Assembly (NCBI RefSeq): GCF_006345805.1
Contig: NC_042999.1
Coordinates: 167,152,001-167,216,000, forward strand
Direction of reading: 5' to 3'
Origin: Octopus sinensis
Taxonomy: Eukaryota
DNA: 64,000 nucleotides
A model generated the notes under the pieces. The model made no database searches and had not been told where the DNA came from. It was given only the letters and a program-made list of their open reading frames with translations. This document shows positions 40,477-54,041 of this stretch, one piece after another. Positions within the stretch are counted from its first letter, which is position 1, and the number at the start of each line of letters is the position of its first letter. The position numbers were made by a program, and so were the translations under genes.

Positions 40477-41739
40477 TTAGGAGATCAAGAATGGGAGATG
40501 ATGTTTGCTTAATTCCATAGTGAATTGGATGTTGGGATGTATGTTGTTTAGTATGGTTTTGAATTCCAGGAGTTTTTCATAAGGTTCTTTCCATATGATG
40601 AAACAATCATCTAAATACCTTTTCCAGTTTTCCATTAGGTAGGTGTGGAAAACATGTCCAAATTTCTGGCTTGATATTTCATAGAGTGACAGTTCGAAGT
40701 AACCCATTATGAGGTTCGCAAGGACTGGTGCAGCCTTGGTACCCATCGCAATGCCACATTTTTGACGGTAGTGTGTGTCGTCGAAGAGAAAAAAATTGTT
40801 TGTCAGAATGAACTTAAGAGATTCTGTAATAAAAGACTTGTTAATGCGGTCAGGGAATGTCTCTGGGTGTTTTTCTAGCCAGAAGTCAATTGCCTCTATA
40901 CCATACTCGTGTGGAATGTTGGTGTAGAGGTTGATGACATCAAAGGATACCAGGAGTGCCTCCTCGTTAACTGTTTTCGGGAGGTGTTTGAGCATGTCCA
41001 GATCATCCCTAATGAAACTTTTGATGTGGGTAAGGAAAGGTTTCAAAAGGATGTCTAGGAAGTTACTCAGGCGGTGTGTTTCACAGGAGGTACCAGCCAC
41101 GATGGGCCTTAGTTTTAGGTCCTCCGGTGCTTTGATGTTGATGTGGATGTCAGTGGAAAGTTTGCAGGCTTCGGTGATGTATTTGTTTTTATGGATTTTA
41201 GGAAGGCCATTAAAAAGGCTGGGCTTGCATTTGAAAATGGTGATATAATCCCTTTCTTTTTCTGTGAGTCCCTGACCGTGTTGGCGTATGAGTGTGGTGA
41301 GGTTTCTGATTGTTTTTTGCTGTTTGTAGTTGTCAATAACCTCATAGAAAATGTTATTGTTAAGCATGGAGAACACTAGGTGTTTATAAAATTCCGTGTC
41401 CATAAGGACCACAGCACTCCCTTTGTCCGCTTCTTTGATGGTGAGGTTTTTATCCAGTTGTATGTCACGTAGGTTTTCCCATTCTTCCTTACTGAAATTG
41501 GATTTTACCTTGGTTTTGCTTGGGGTAAAGGGGAGACTCTGGATGTGTTTACAGAAATCGTCCAGTGTTTTATTTCTCCCTTTTGGTGGTAGGAAGTTGC
41601 TTTTATTTCTGATCAATGAATCGTCCCCATTGTTGATATCTGTCAAAGCTTCTGTTAGGCGAAGTTTTCTGCAGAATTCAGAAACGTCATCCTTGACCTC
41701 CGGGGGGTTGGGTGTTCTTGGGGTGGGTGTGAATTTCAA
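40477..41739 (-). CDS. PLE reverse transcriptase (frameshifted continuation to 39543 includes GIY-YIG)
   Basis: ORF track 420 aa; breaks are short indels in runs. Confidence 0.85.
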   Translation of the reverse strand: MKFTPTPRTPNPPEVKDDVSEFCRKLRLTEALTDINNGDDSLIRNKSNFLPPKGRNKTLDDFCKHIQSLPFTPSKTKVKSNFSKEEWENLRDIQLDKNLTIKEADKGSAVVLMDTEFYKHLVFSMLNNNIFYEVIDNYKQQKTIRNLTTLIRQHGQGLTEKERDYITIFKCKPSLFNGLPKIHKNKYITEACKLSTDIHINIKAPEDLKLRPIVAGTSCETHRLSNFLDILLKPFLTHIKSFIRDDLDMLKHLPKTVNEEALLVSFDVINLYTNIPHEYGIEAIDFWLEKHPETFPDRINKSFITESLKFILTNNFFLFDDTHYRQKCGIAMGTKAAPVLANLIMGYFELSLYEISSQKFGHVFHTYLMENWKRYLDDCFIIWKEPYEKLLEFKTILNNIHPNIQFTMELSKHHLPFLIS

Positions 41740-42399
41740 ACCTCTTGCTAGGATGTTGATTTGGGTGGTGTCAGTGTTTTGCTGGAGAGATTTATAATTT
41801 TTGTTTTCTTATTTTGGGTCTGTGTTAGCGGTGGTGTTTGTATTTTTCCCCTCTGTCTAAAAAATGGTTGTTGAGGTAAGGGGTGTATTCTTTGTTAAAG
41901 TTCTGGTTGTATGTGTAGGAGTGTTTTTGGGTGGGGAGTTGGAGGGGGGTAGGTAGTTGTCGTATTTGTGTTGGTATGGATGCGATGGTGTAAGGATTTG
42001 TGAGAAATGCGATGGGTTTGTGGGTGTGTGACTGGTAGATTGTATGGGGGGATGTAGGGGGGTATGTAGTTGTGGTGATTGGGTTCGTGTGGGATGTGAG
42101 GGTTTGGAGATCTGTAGGAGATGTGGTAGGAATGTGGTTGTTGGATGGGTGGACTATAGGGGGTTCGTTGGGTGGGTCTTATATGTATCGGTGTGGGTAG
42201 GATGCCTTGTTTGTTATTAGTGTGAGGGAGGGGAGCCTTGAGCGGGGGATAATTTCTAGTGTATGGGAGGTTCTTGAAGGTTCTAATCGGTGGGGGAGGG
42301 GTGTTAGAGTGATTGGAAAACCAGGTTTTGTGGTGGGTCTTGTTTGAGATGTTTCGGGGGGGAAAAGGTTTTTTATATGGTTGGGGGAGGTTGTGTCCT

Positions 42400-44169
42400 G
42401 AATTCTGCAGAAAACTTCGCCTAACAGAAGCTTTGACAGATATCAACAATGGGGACGATTCATTGATCAGAAATAAAAGCAACTTCCTACCACCAAAAGG
42501 GAGAAATAAAACACTGGACGATTTCTGTAAACACATCCAGAGTCTCCCCTTTACCCCAAGCAAAACCAAGGTAAAATCCAATTTCAGTAAGGAAGAATGG
42601 GAAAACCTACGTGACATACAACTGGATAAAAACCTCACCATCAAAGAAGCGGACAAAGGGAGTGCTGTGGTCCTTATGGACACGGAATTTTATAAACACC
42701 TAGTGTTCTCCATGCTTAACAATAACATTTTCTATGAGGTTATTAACAACTACAAACAGCAAAAAACAATCAGAAACCTCACCACACTCATACGCCAACA
42801 CGGTCAGGGACTCACAGAAAAAGAAAGGGATTATATCACCATTTTCAAATGCAAGCCCAGCCTTTTTTATGGCCTTCCTAAAATCCATAAAAACAAATAC
42901 ATCACCGAAGCCTGCAAACTTTCCACTGACATCCACATCAACATCAAAGCACCGGAGGACCTAAAACTAAGGCCCATCGTGGCTGGTACCTCCTGTGAAA
43001 CACACCGCCTGAGTAACTTCCTAGACATCCTTTTGAAACCTTTCCTTACCCACATCAAAAGTTTCATTAGGGATGATCTGGACATGCTCAAACACCTCCC
43101 GAAAACAGTTAACGAGGAGGCACTCCTGGTATCCTTTGATGTCATCAACCTCTACACCAACATTCCACACGAGTATGGTATAGAGGCAATTGACTTCTGG
43201 CTAGAAAAACACCCAGAGACATTCCCTGACCGCATTAACAAGTCTTTTATTACAGAATCTCTTAAGTTCATTCTGACAAACAATTTTTTTCTCTTCGACG
43301 ACACACACTACCGTCAAAAATGTGGCATTGCGATGGGTACCAAGGCTGCACCAGTCCTTGCGAACCTCATAATGGGTTACTTCGAACTGTCACTCTATGA
43401 AATATCAAGCCAGAAATTTGGACATGTTTTCCACACCTACCTAATGGAAAACTGGAAAAGGTATTTAGATGATTGTTTCATCATATGGAAAGAACCTTAT
43501 GAAAAACTCCTGGAATTCAAAACCATACTAAACAACATACATCCCAACATCCAATTCACTATGGAATTAAGCAAACATCATCTCCCATTCCTTGATCTCC
43601 TAATTATAAAAACACCTAAGAACCAAATCATAACAGACATCTACCACAAACCTACAGACTCACAACAATACCTCCTCTTTAGTTCATGCCACCCAAAACA
43701 CACCAAGACAAATATCCCTTTCAATTTAGCTAAAAGGGTATGCACCATTGTCTCGGATCCAAAAGCACGAGAAATACGCCTTCAAGACCTCAAAAAAACA
43801 CTATTACAACGTCAATATCCCTCCACCCTTATAGAGTATGGAATAAAACGCGCCAAAGAACTAGACAACACTACACTGAAAACCACCCAACCTAACACCA
43901 CACACAACCTCAAAATACTTCCATACATTTCCACCCACAACCCCAAAAATATCGAAGCATACACCACAATCATACAAAACCTCAGTCTACTGTCAACAGA
44001 CCCAAAAATGAAAAACATTATAAATACACACAAAATCCTCAAATGCAAAAGGCAACACAAATCTTTAAAAAAACTCTTGACAAATGCCAAACTTCACACA
44101 CCACATCCACCCCCAACAGTAAAAAAAATGTGCACGCTCAAACTGTGGTACCTGCCCCTTTCTACTTGA
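42400..44169 (+). CDS. PLE reverse transcriptase/thumb, 5'-truncated; GIY-YIG follows after a 1 nt frameshift (to ~44530)
   Basis: ORF track 42313..44169; residues before EFCRKL are junction-derived and not PLE protein. Confidence 0.85.
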   Translation, partial: EFCRKLRLTEALTDINNGDDSLIRNKSNFLPPKGRNKTLDDFCKHIQSLPFTPSKTKVKSNFSKEEWENLRDIQLDKNLTIKEADKGSAVVLMDTEFYKHLVFSMLNNNIFYEVINNYKQQKTIRNLTTLIRQHGQGLTEKERDYITIFKCKPSLFYGLPKIHKNKYITEACKLSTDIHINIKAPEDLKLRPIVAGTSCETHRLSNFLDILLKPFLTHIKSFIRDDLDMLKHLPKTVNEEALLVSFDVINLYTNIPHEYGIEAIDFWLEKHPETFPDRINKSFITESLKFILTNNFFLFDDTHYRQKCGIAMGTKAAPVLANLIMGYFELSLYEISSQKFGHVFHTYLMENWKRYLDDCFIIWKEPYEKLLEFKTILNNIHPNIQFTMELSKHHLPFLDLLIIKTPKNQIITDIYHKPTDSQQYLLFSSCHPKHTKTNIPFNLAKRVCTIVSDPKAREIRLQDLKKTLLQRQYPSTLIEYGIKRAKELDNTTLKTTQPNTTHNLKILPYISTHNPKNIEAYTTIIQNLSLLSTDPKMKNIINTHKILKCKRQHKSLKKLLTNAKLHTPHPPPTVKKMCTLKLWYLPLST

Positions 44170-45164
44170 AGGCTCTGAATTTACCTTCAAACAAGGTACG
44201 AAGTTTAAAATCAAGACTAACTTCTCCTGTTCCTCCGAGAACCTTATCTACGTTCTCACATGCGCTGGTTGCCAACATAATTATGTTGGACAAACGAGTC
44301 TCCCGTTACGTAAACGAGTAACGGTGCATAAAGAACAAATAAATCTCCCGGAATACCGACAAATTCCACTGAGTGACCACTTAGACTCATGTGCTAAGAC
44401 TTAAACCCCAAATTCTATATATTCCCCTTCTACCAATGTAAAGACGGGATCACCACACAGGAGAGAATTAACAAGGAGAATCTCTTTATTGAAAAATTCC
44501 AAACACAACTTAATATGCAAACTCCTTGTTGATCAAACTTCCTTTCTCTACCTCACTCTTCATGGATGGACTAACACAAATATATAAAGATACCATGCAT
44601 TCATCACTTCAAGCTAAAACTTATATTCTTTAAATATCATTTTTACTATTGTTGTTATTACTATCATTTTTATTATAAATGATATGACAATTTGAAATGC
44701 AATTGTCTATGCAGATTTATATTATTAGAAAATAATATAAATAAAGTGTTAAAATCTGAAAGTTAAGTTAACAAGCAATTATATAAAAAAGATAATGCAA
44801 ATGAAGCTAAAATGATAGTTTTATAATTTGGGTTTTATTGAAGAACTCAAAAGAGTTGTCTCCCCTTACCCACAACACAGGAACTGAAGAACCAGGACCA
44901 CAATTACTACTACTTCCTGTCCTGCAACATGCTGAATTTAACAACACAACACATCACATGCTCTTAATCCCTTTGGATCTTAACACCTCAAGGTAATTTT
45001 TTGGTTAACAACCATAAAACTCAAGATACTCAACGAACTCACAATGTATCGGAGAACTTATTTTTTAATTTTTGTACATTTTTATCATTATTCTTTTACA
45101 AAAAACAATGCAATTTTCTTTTTTTCCCATTTCTAATTTTTAAAATAACTTCTTAAAACATAAA

Positions 45165-45205
45165 TATTCTTGACAAGTCATACAATGACGAAAACCGGTT
45201 GAATA
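45165..45205 (+). ncRNA. Variant (U3-A8) minimal hammerhead in PLE 3' end
   Basis: TATTC-TTGACAA-GTCAT-aca-ATGAC-GAAA-ACCGG-TT-GAATA; 5 bp helix I and 5 bp helix II. Confidence 0.55.
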
Positions 45206-45295
45206 AATATATATTTATATATTTTATCATTTTCTCATTTTATTAAAATTTTCTTTCATTTGAGCATTCTGCTTTTTTAAAAAAATTTTTCCTTA

Positions 45296-45335
<40 letters not shown>

Positions 45336-46194
45336 GTAGGACTGTAGATATGTATCTGTGACTTTGTGTAAGAATATATCAATATATATGTATGCATGTA
45401 TATTTATGTATATGTATGTGTGTATGTATGTTTGTGTATGCACATGTATATATGTATATGTATATATATATATAAAATCTATATAACATATGGTTGAATT
45501 TTTATATGCTTTATTAAATTTTGTAGATAAATTCTCATATATTAAATTACACTTGTATTGCTTATTGTAAGAATTCTTTGTTTACGATTAATATTTGAAA
45601 GTTAATATAAGGATATACATTGTAATTACGAGAGTTTAACACGGTATATTTACTTAATCATTCGGTCTTCTATTAACTAACCGTAACTGAGACATAGAAA
45701 TTCAAATTTGTTAACCAATTGGATATAGCTTATGATTAAAAATAATCGCTCCCTAACCCCCAATAATTTTGAAATTCTAAAATATTAATATACAACATAT
45801 AACATGGCTCTTATAGCTAATCTATTATTTCTTAACAAATGTTTTCTTTTTATGAAATATTCTATAAAAATATTCTCTGAAATCATATTAATTCGATGGA
45901 CAAACATACATATACGTATAATTTAACTGTGACGTAAAGAAAAAATCCTTATATAGATATTAGTGTATATTTGAACGTATGTATATATATGCACATGTTG
46001 CTTCTATTTGTTGCCCACACGCATGGACTTGTGTGTATGAAGAAGAACAATATTGTATCTGTTTGTATTGATTGTGGGTTTAAAATTTATAAAATTAAAT
46101 CTACTGTAATGAATTGTTTATAATGTATCGTAATATATGATATATTGGAATCTACTATATGTATTGTGAAGCGAAGATTACTCTAAATCTAATG

Positions 46195-46233
46195 ATATTG
46201 TTATTATTGATAATAATAATAATAATAATAATG

Positions 46234-46287
<54 letters not shown>

Positions 46288-46300
46288 GTAATAATAATAT
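46195..46300. repeat. (AAT)n microsatellite
   Basis: Direct inspection. Confidence 0.95.
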
Positions 46301-46565
46301 TAGTAATTATTAAATATTGTTTATGTAGTCATGAGCATGGACGTATGTATATGTTCCAGTATATATGTATATATATGCATATGACGAACGGTCTATTTGC
46401 TTGGACCTATTGTTTAATTGTGCTTATTTATGTATTTATACAATGTAAAGGTGTATATACTTTGCTTATGTGTGTATGTGTATATGGATATTTGTTCATA
46501 TTTATATATATTAAATTGTACGTCTATCATGTTTCATGTATTTATATATTTAAAGTTCTTTATAA

Positions 46566-46689
46566 TCTCTGACGAGGCCTATGGGTTATATATAAGTACC
46601 CCATTTTTAAATGCCTACAACCTCAATATAATTGACAACTATAGGCACTGAAAAACTACTTTTTTCCATAGGCTGAAACAGCTGTAAGA
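46566..46689 (+). ncRNA. Type I hammerhead, canonical core, long helix II insert
   Basis: TCT-CTGACGA-GGCCTATGG...CCATAGGCT-GAAA-C-AGCT-G-TA-AGA; palindromic CAGCTG helix III; predicted cleavage after 46686. Confidence 0.75.
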
Positions 46690-46901
46690 GTGATTTTAAT
46701 GATTTCAATTGTTTATATTAAGATTTTTATAATTATATTCTTATCTTATATGTATTGAATTATAACGTATATACGTATGTTATTAAGGTTCTCATTTTTG
46801 TTAAATAAATAAATAAGTCAAAATTCTAATATCCGAAACCTGATGAACCAACTAAATTGTTTCTCCATTTTCTTATTTGTATTATATATATATATATATA
46901 T

Positions 46902-47890
<989 letters not shown>

Positions 47891-47926
47891 AATACGAGAA
47901 ATATTTATATATATATATATTAAAAA

Positions 47927-47959
<33 letters not shown>

Positions 47960-47993
47960 AACATATATATATATATATTATATATATATATGG

Positions 47994-48027
<34 letters not shown>

Positions 48028-48164
48028 AATATTTCTTCGTTTGGGGATCACCATTACTTTATTATCTCCCCTTCTTCCTAGTTCTCCTGTCTGACCCCTC
48101 TCTCCGGCATTCGCCATGTTAGATCACTAGCCACTAAACCTTTTTATATTCTCTCATTATTTAT

Positions 48165-48275
48165 TTTTGTGTTCCTTTCTGTCGAAGAGCGTAGACTCGA
48201 AACGCAAAAGACTTTCTCACTTTACGAGCGTTAAACGAATACATATGTTTGTTGTTTAGACACCCGTCTTCGTCT
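48165..48275 (+). mobile_element. PLE pLTR-type short repeat
   Basis: ctgtcgaagagcgtagactcgaaacg motif; related to 27035-27185. Confidence 0.55.
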
Positions 48276-48446
48276 ATATATATATATATATATATTCACA
48301 TTTATTCTCTTTTACTCGTTTCATTCATTCTCAGCCCGAACCTGTCGCTCACCGCTGCACTGTTTCAAAATTTATAAGTTTGGAGGAGTTAGACTGCTTC
48401 AAGCTCGGCTGTTAGATTCGCAATATGTGGTGGCCATAAATGGCCT

Positions 48447-48530
<84 letters not shown>

Positions 48531-48592
48531 ATATATATACATATATATATTTATATATGTATACATACATATATATATATATACATATAGAT

Positions 48593-48669
<77 letters not shown>

Positions 48670-49014
48670 TTAAGATGAATATGCTACTTAAGTTGAGATA
48701 CCAGAATTTTGTACGGTATTATCCATACAATATCAAAGTAAGGTGATTAAAATAAGCTACAAGGATAGCCAGAGGTAATGCAGTACGATCGTTTCATACA
48801 ACTCCATTTAATTGGAGCATATATATATACACATAGGTAAATATACAAATATACACTAATAAAAATATACCTATATTAATGCGTATATTAATATCTACGT
48901 ATATTTATATATATAAATAAGGATATAAAGGTATATATAAAGTGATATATAATATATATATAGATGTAAATATATATCTATATATATTATATATATGTAG
49001 TTATATATGTATAT

Positions 49015-49082
<68 letters not shown>

Positions 49083-49330
49083 ACTTGTGGGAATATTATT
49101 TCTAACTTACAGGGAAAAATTCAATTTAGAAGTACTAAATCAAACTTCACAAAATATGTTATATATATGAAAATTAGAAAAAAGCACCTTTTATCAATTC
49201 AAACTGAACAATTACATTACACCATCTAGAAATTTACATATAATAGAAATATTAAATATAAAAGAACAATAATATACCGATGATTAAGTAATGTGCAAAA
49301 TAATATATAAAACGTATATATTTGGTAGAA

Positions 49331-49434
49331 TAACGACACGTGTTTCGTGGCTATATTTAAGAAATGATTATAATAAAAAAATTAATAGTAGTAGTAAAAT
49401 CACTTCGATATAAATATAGCCACTCACCAGATTA
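49331..49434 (-). ncRNA. Hammerhead-like motif with A6G core change
   Basis: Minus TAAT-CTGGTGA-GTGGCTATATTTA...TAAATATAGCCAC-GAAA-C-ACGT-G-TC-GTTA; 13 bp helix II, GUC triplet. Confidence 0.6.
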
Positions 49435-49510
49435 AAAATAAACTACAATGATAAAATAATTAATTAATAAATATACGTAAATTATCTTTTAAAATATAAA
49501 TATATTCTTT

Positions 49511-49579
<69 letters not shown>

Positions 49580-49649
49580 AAGATATTAAATATACATTCA
49601 GTGAAAACTAAATACAATACTTTAAATTATACAATTCCTTAAAATTAAT

Positions 49650-50625
49650 TGATATACACAATGGTATTACAAGTCATTAATACTGGAATCAAAATAAGAA
49701 ATGGTTCAAATATAGACACACTCATTAAATAAACTAACTATATAATTAATATATATGAGTAGTTTCTATAGATTTAATATGTCACTCAATAATATAGTCG
49801 ACCAAAATATCAATTAATATAAAACCTAATTTACTTAAATTTAATACTACTTAATAAATATACCACCTAATTATTAAATAATATATTGTCTAACAAAATT
49901 AGTTCTCAAATTAAATTTAATGTAATACGTTAGATCCCTTTATAAAAATAATAATAAATCATTCTAAATAAATAGATATAATAATTAATTACTATCATAA
50001 CGTATAACAATCAATATATATATAAATGATATAATGGCGAAAATTATTTACTAATGAAAAGTAAGAAAAACATTTAAGCCCTATAAATTAAAGAAAGCTG
50101 CAAAAAAATATTAGAACAAATGAAGAATACGCTATGAAGACATTCAACTACAACAGACAGTCCACTATAAATCAAGTCAATAACAATAATAACAACAACA
50201 ATCAAACTCAATAAAATACAAGATCCAAATAATATTGATAAGCAAACAATGTTACGAAGTTTATCGATTAAATTAATTTATCTAGATTTTAAATGTATAA
50301 AATAGGTTTTAGCGTCTTATTAATATACCCAATGCTATTACTAGTCATGAATAATATAATCAAAAATAGGAAATGGTTCAAATATACACAAACCCATTAT
50401 ATAAACTAACTATATTATTAATATATATGTAGTATCTATAGATTTAATCTTTCACACGATAATACAGTTGAACAAAATATAATTAATATAAAAACTAATT
50501 TACTTAAATGTAATACTATTTAATAAAAATATTACCTTATTATTAAATAATGTATAGACTAACGAAACTAATTCTCAAATTAAAGTATATGTAAAACGTT
50601 AAATCCCTTTATAAAAATTAATAGA
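49650..50625 (+). repeat. Diverged ~310 bp direct duplication in extremely AT-rich, probably PLE-derived sequence
   Basis: ~49650-49960 vs ~50320-50625 align by eye; both contain aaatggttcaaatata (KWFKY, PLE RT WxRYxDD-like). Confidence 0.55.
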
Positions 50626-50823
50626 TATCAGCTACTAATAACGATCGTAACTAATAATTATCAATAAACTATAAATTCATAATAATAATAATTTCAAGCC
50701 CAAAACGATTCAAAATCCAAATAATATAGATAATATATAAAATGTAACTTAGCTATCGAAGGAAAATTGTATATATTATATATATATATATTATATATAT
50801 ATATATATAAATATATATATTAT

Positions 50824-50889
<66 letters not shown>

Positions 50890-50907
50890 CATATATATAT
50901 GTGCGTG

Positions 50908-50953
<46 letters not shown>

Positions 50954-51189
50954 GAATATATATATATATATATAAATAGATATATAATATATATATAAAT
51001 AGATATATTAGTATATATGGAAATATATATATATGATTTTTTTTTGATTTTCCAGTTTCAGCTCATGAGCTGTGGCCATGCTGGGGCACCGCCATTTAAA
51101 TTAAAAACATTCAGGAAAATATATATATATATATATAATATATATATATATAATATATATATATATAAATACAATAGATATACATACAT

Positions 51190-51587
51190 AAAGTGGCTGT
51201 GTGCTAAGTAGCTTGCTTCACAACCACATGGTTCCGGGTTCATTCCCACTGCGTGGCACCTTAGGCAAATGTCTTCTACTATAGACTCGGGCCGACCAAA
51301 GCCTTGTGAGTGGATTTGGTAGACGGAAACTGAAGGAAGCTCGTCGTATATATGTATATATATGTATATGTGTATATGTTTGTGTGTCAGTGTTTTTCCC
51401 CCAGCATCACTTGACGACCGATGGTGGTGTGTTTATGTCACCGTAACTTAGCGGTTCGGCAAAAGAGACCGATAGAAGAAGTACTAGGCTTACAAAGAAT
51501 AAGTCCTGGGGTCGATTTGTTCGACTAAAGGCGGTGCCCTAGCATGGCCGCAGTCAAATGACTGAAACGAGTAAAAGAGAAAGAGAA

Positions 51588-51590
<3 letters not shown>
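51190..51590 (+). mobile_element. SINE family A (with inverted 3' fragment at ~51045-51110)
   Basis: Matches 12247-12650. Confidence 0.85.
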
Positions 51591-51627
<37 letters not shown>

Positions 51628-51699
51628 TAGGTCATCCCATAAGTTCTCTCCGAATTTTGAATAAAGAAAACAAGTGACCAAATGTTATAGTCAATTGAA

Positions 51700-51900
51700 A
51701 TTTAATCATCAATGTTTCTCTCTTTCGTCCAGGACGTATGACACCCTCGCACGGAACCCTTGGACCTTACCAATCGAATGAAGGTATTGGGCGACGGTAT
51801 CACGTGAACAGCCCATTTGCTGAGCAATTACCATGTGGATCGATGCGGATACTCGTGAATGAGCATGTCGAATCGATCCTCGTTGAGCTGAATAGTCTGT
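51700..51900 (-). pseudogene. Mariner-type transposase N-terminal HTH fragment
   Basis: QLNEDRFDMLIHEYPHRST then IAQQMGCSRDTVAQYLHSIGKVQ..RVSYVL (WVPHxL-like). Confidence 0.7.
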
Positions 51901-52299
51901 GAGGCTAATATCCACAAATTTAAACTTTTAAAGTCCATTTTGTGCAGTTCCTTCGGTAATACCGCCTTCTTTGTACACAGCAGAAATGTCTCCAGTGATT
52001 TCGGCAGCTCAGGAACCTCGATTGAAAGAGAGGCAAGGCAGGTATCGAAAATATTCATTTTCTACTTGGCACACCATCGTAAAATGTCTGAAAAGAGATA
52101 AAATTTATGCAAAATACATACAACAAAAACAAAACACTACGATAAAAATATATTCCGTGTTAATTCAAATAACACATTGTAAAGAAGCGAACGTTTTTAT
52201 GTGACAGCCCGATTAGTGTACGTGTGTGTGCGTGTGTGTGTGCGTGTGTGTTTGTGTGAGTGTGTACTATTCAATGAGCCCTGCTTCTTTTTCTTGTGT

Positions 52300-52500
52300 T
52301 GTCATTGTGTTTGACTCTAATATTATTTGTGTTATGTTGGTGTTTATCTGTTGGCCAAATATTTTTTGATGCAGTGGAGAACGTAACGCAGTGTGTCTGA
52401 ATGTGCTCTGACGCATGCGCGATTAATACGCTGTCATCTGCGTATAGTAGCTCTCTTACAACAATCTGGGTGGTTCTCGTTCGTTGTTCTAAACAATACA
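52300..52500 (-). pseudogene. RTE-clade LINE RT fragment
   Basis: TQIVVRELLYADDSVLIAHASEHIQ. Confidence 0.75.
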
Positions 52501-54041
52501 CATGAAACCAATAATTTGAGATAGAAAAATATACATCTCTTCAGGCATCTGTCCACCTACGTCTTACTTGCCGAGTAAGTGTGCTACCATTTATTTATAT
52601 CACAATGAGCTTTCAAATTTCTTCTTTAAAATTAGGTAGAATTGTTTGTTATATTTAGTCGGTTACCCCAGACCATTCTTAGTTGTTCCCCAAAATGTTC
52701 ACTTAAAAACCAAATTGTGCTAGTAAGATACCTTGGTAGCAAACACGACAGAGGTCGAATCGAACATCACGTAGTTACTACTTTAATTTCAATGAGCTAA
52801 CGAATTTTCATTCGTCTCGCTTACGCGCACAGACAGACATACATACGCGGGCGCACGCACACACACACATTATATCCATACTATTGTAATCATCTCGGTT
52901 GATATAAACACAACATTTTAGTCACAGTACCCTCTGTATTTGCGTAGATGTCTGTCATATGATTTGCGTAGATCTCTCTGTTGATGTCTCTCTAGATATA
53001 CCGAAATCAGTGACGTTCTCAGAATTTGGAATTAAATTCTTTATCAAATCCTTAGATTTTGTCGACTGTTCTAATTGCATTGTCCAACCAGAGATATTCA
53101 TCTCAGCGGTTATTACACTTTTGTGATGCTGTTAGCTTAGTATGTTTTAATCTGAGAATATATAACTTGACTCCACTGAATATATAGCTTGACCACACAC
53201 ACACTAGAGCAGCAATCCGACGGCAAAACAATAGTTAAGTTACTATTAGTATATCTCATGTAGTGATTATCAAAAATCTAATTAGAAATGAAGTAAAGTG
53301 TATATTTATTGGGTTTTTTAATAATAAATTCGATGAAGTCTTTGATTCACTGAGAAGAATTAATATGATAGCAACATATATTTAATGCCTTTTTGTTAGA
53401 TTTAACGCTAAATTAGGATAACAGAAGCGTTAAGCCATTTCATTCTCTTTTCCTTCCTTCCTTCCTTCTTTCTCTCCACTCTCTCTCATTCTTTCATACA
53501 CACAAAGTTAGGTTTAAAACTCCTAATTTCTGTTTCCTGATTATCCCAATGGGATATATGGAGAACAAAATAAATGCTAAGTGTAGTATATATTCTAGTT
53601 GATGTGTAATAAACTTGAGGTATCACAAACAGTAGAAAGTCGTAATAAGGTCAATATCATCGGTATAAACAACAGAATGAGGACAATCTGCAAAGGTCTG
53701 ATTTGAAATTCTGAGATTGCTGAAACGCTAGCACTGTAACACATACAGTTTAATATGCAAGCACTAACATACTAGGATTCTTGTATTAGGCAATATATTT
53801 TGGCACAAAATATATAGTAGGTATGGTAAAATATATAGTACCAAACTGCTTGTTAGTACGGGAGACAACTCCGAGCGAGTACACTCACAATCTTAATTCT
53901 ATCAATCCATAAGACTGAGATAATTAACTTTTATGAACAGGATCATACATTTCGGTATTCCATTGAGATGACTTATAATAGCATATTCGAACAGAATAGC
54001 CGACATGAATGATTAAAAGCTAAATATATAAATCCACAACG

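Larger units (their letters stand above)
38733..42397 (-). mobile_element. Penelope-like element (RT + Cys-rich linker + GIY-YIG; Neptune-like), longer copy
   Basis: KIINLS..ILARGLKFTPTP, IKEADKGSAVVLM, GLPKIHK, LRPIVAG, SFDVINLYTNIPH, GIAMGTKAAP, WKRYLDDCF (ORF 40477-41739); CARSNCGTCP, LIYVLTC..YVGQT; Pro/His-rich upstream region; 3' end at (TA)n. Confidence 0.9.
42398..45300 (+). mobile_element. Penelope-like element, shorter inverted copy
   Basis: Reverse complement of 38777-41681 with few differences; 3' end at (TA)n. Confidence 0.9.

Noticed and set aside
42313-42397. N-terminus MENQVLWWVLF.. of the 618 aa ORF as a real fusion domain
   Set aside because: It is antisense sequence of the left PLE copy read across the palindrome junction
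52940-53090. Minus-strand 48 aa ORF MNISGWTMQ..NVTDF resembling a receptor N-terminus
   Set aside because: Short, ends in a stop, and has no good splice donor or downstream TM exons
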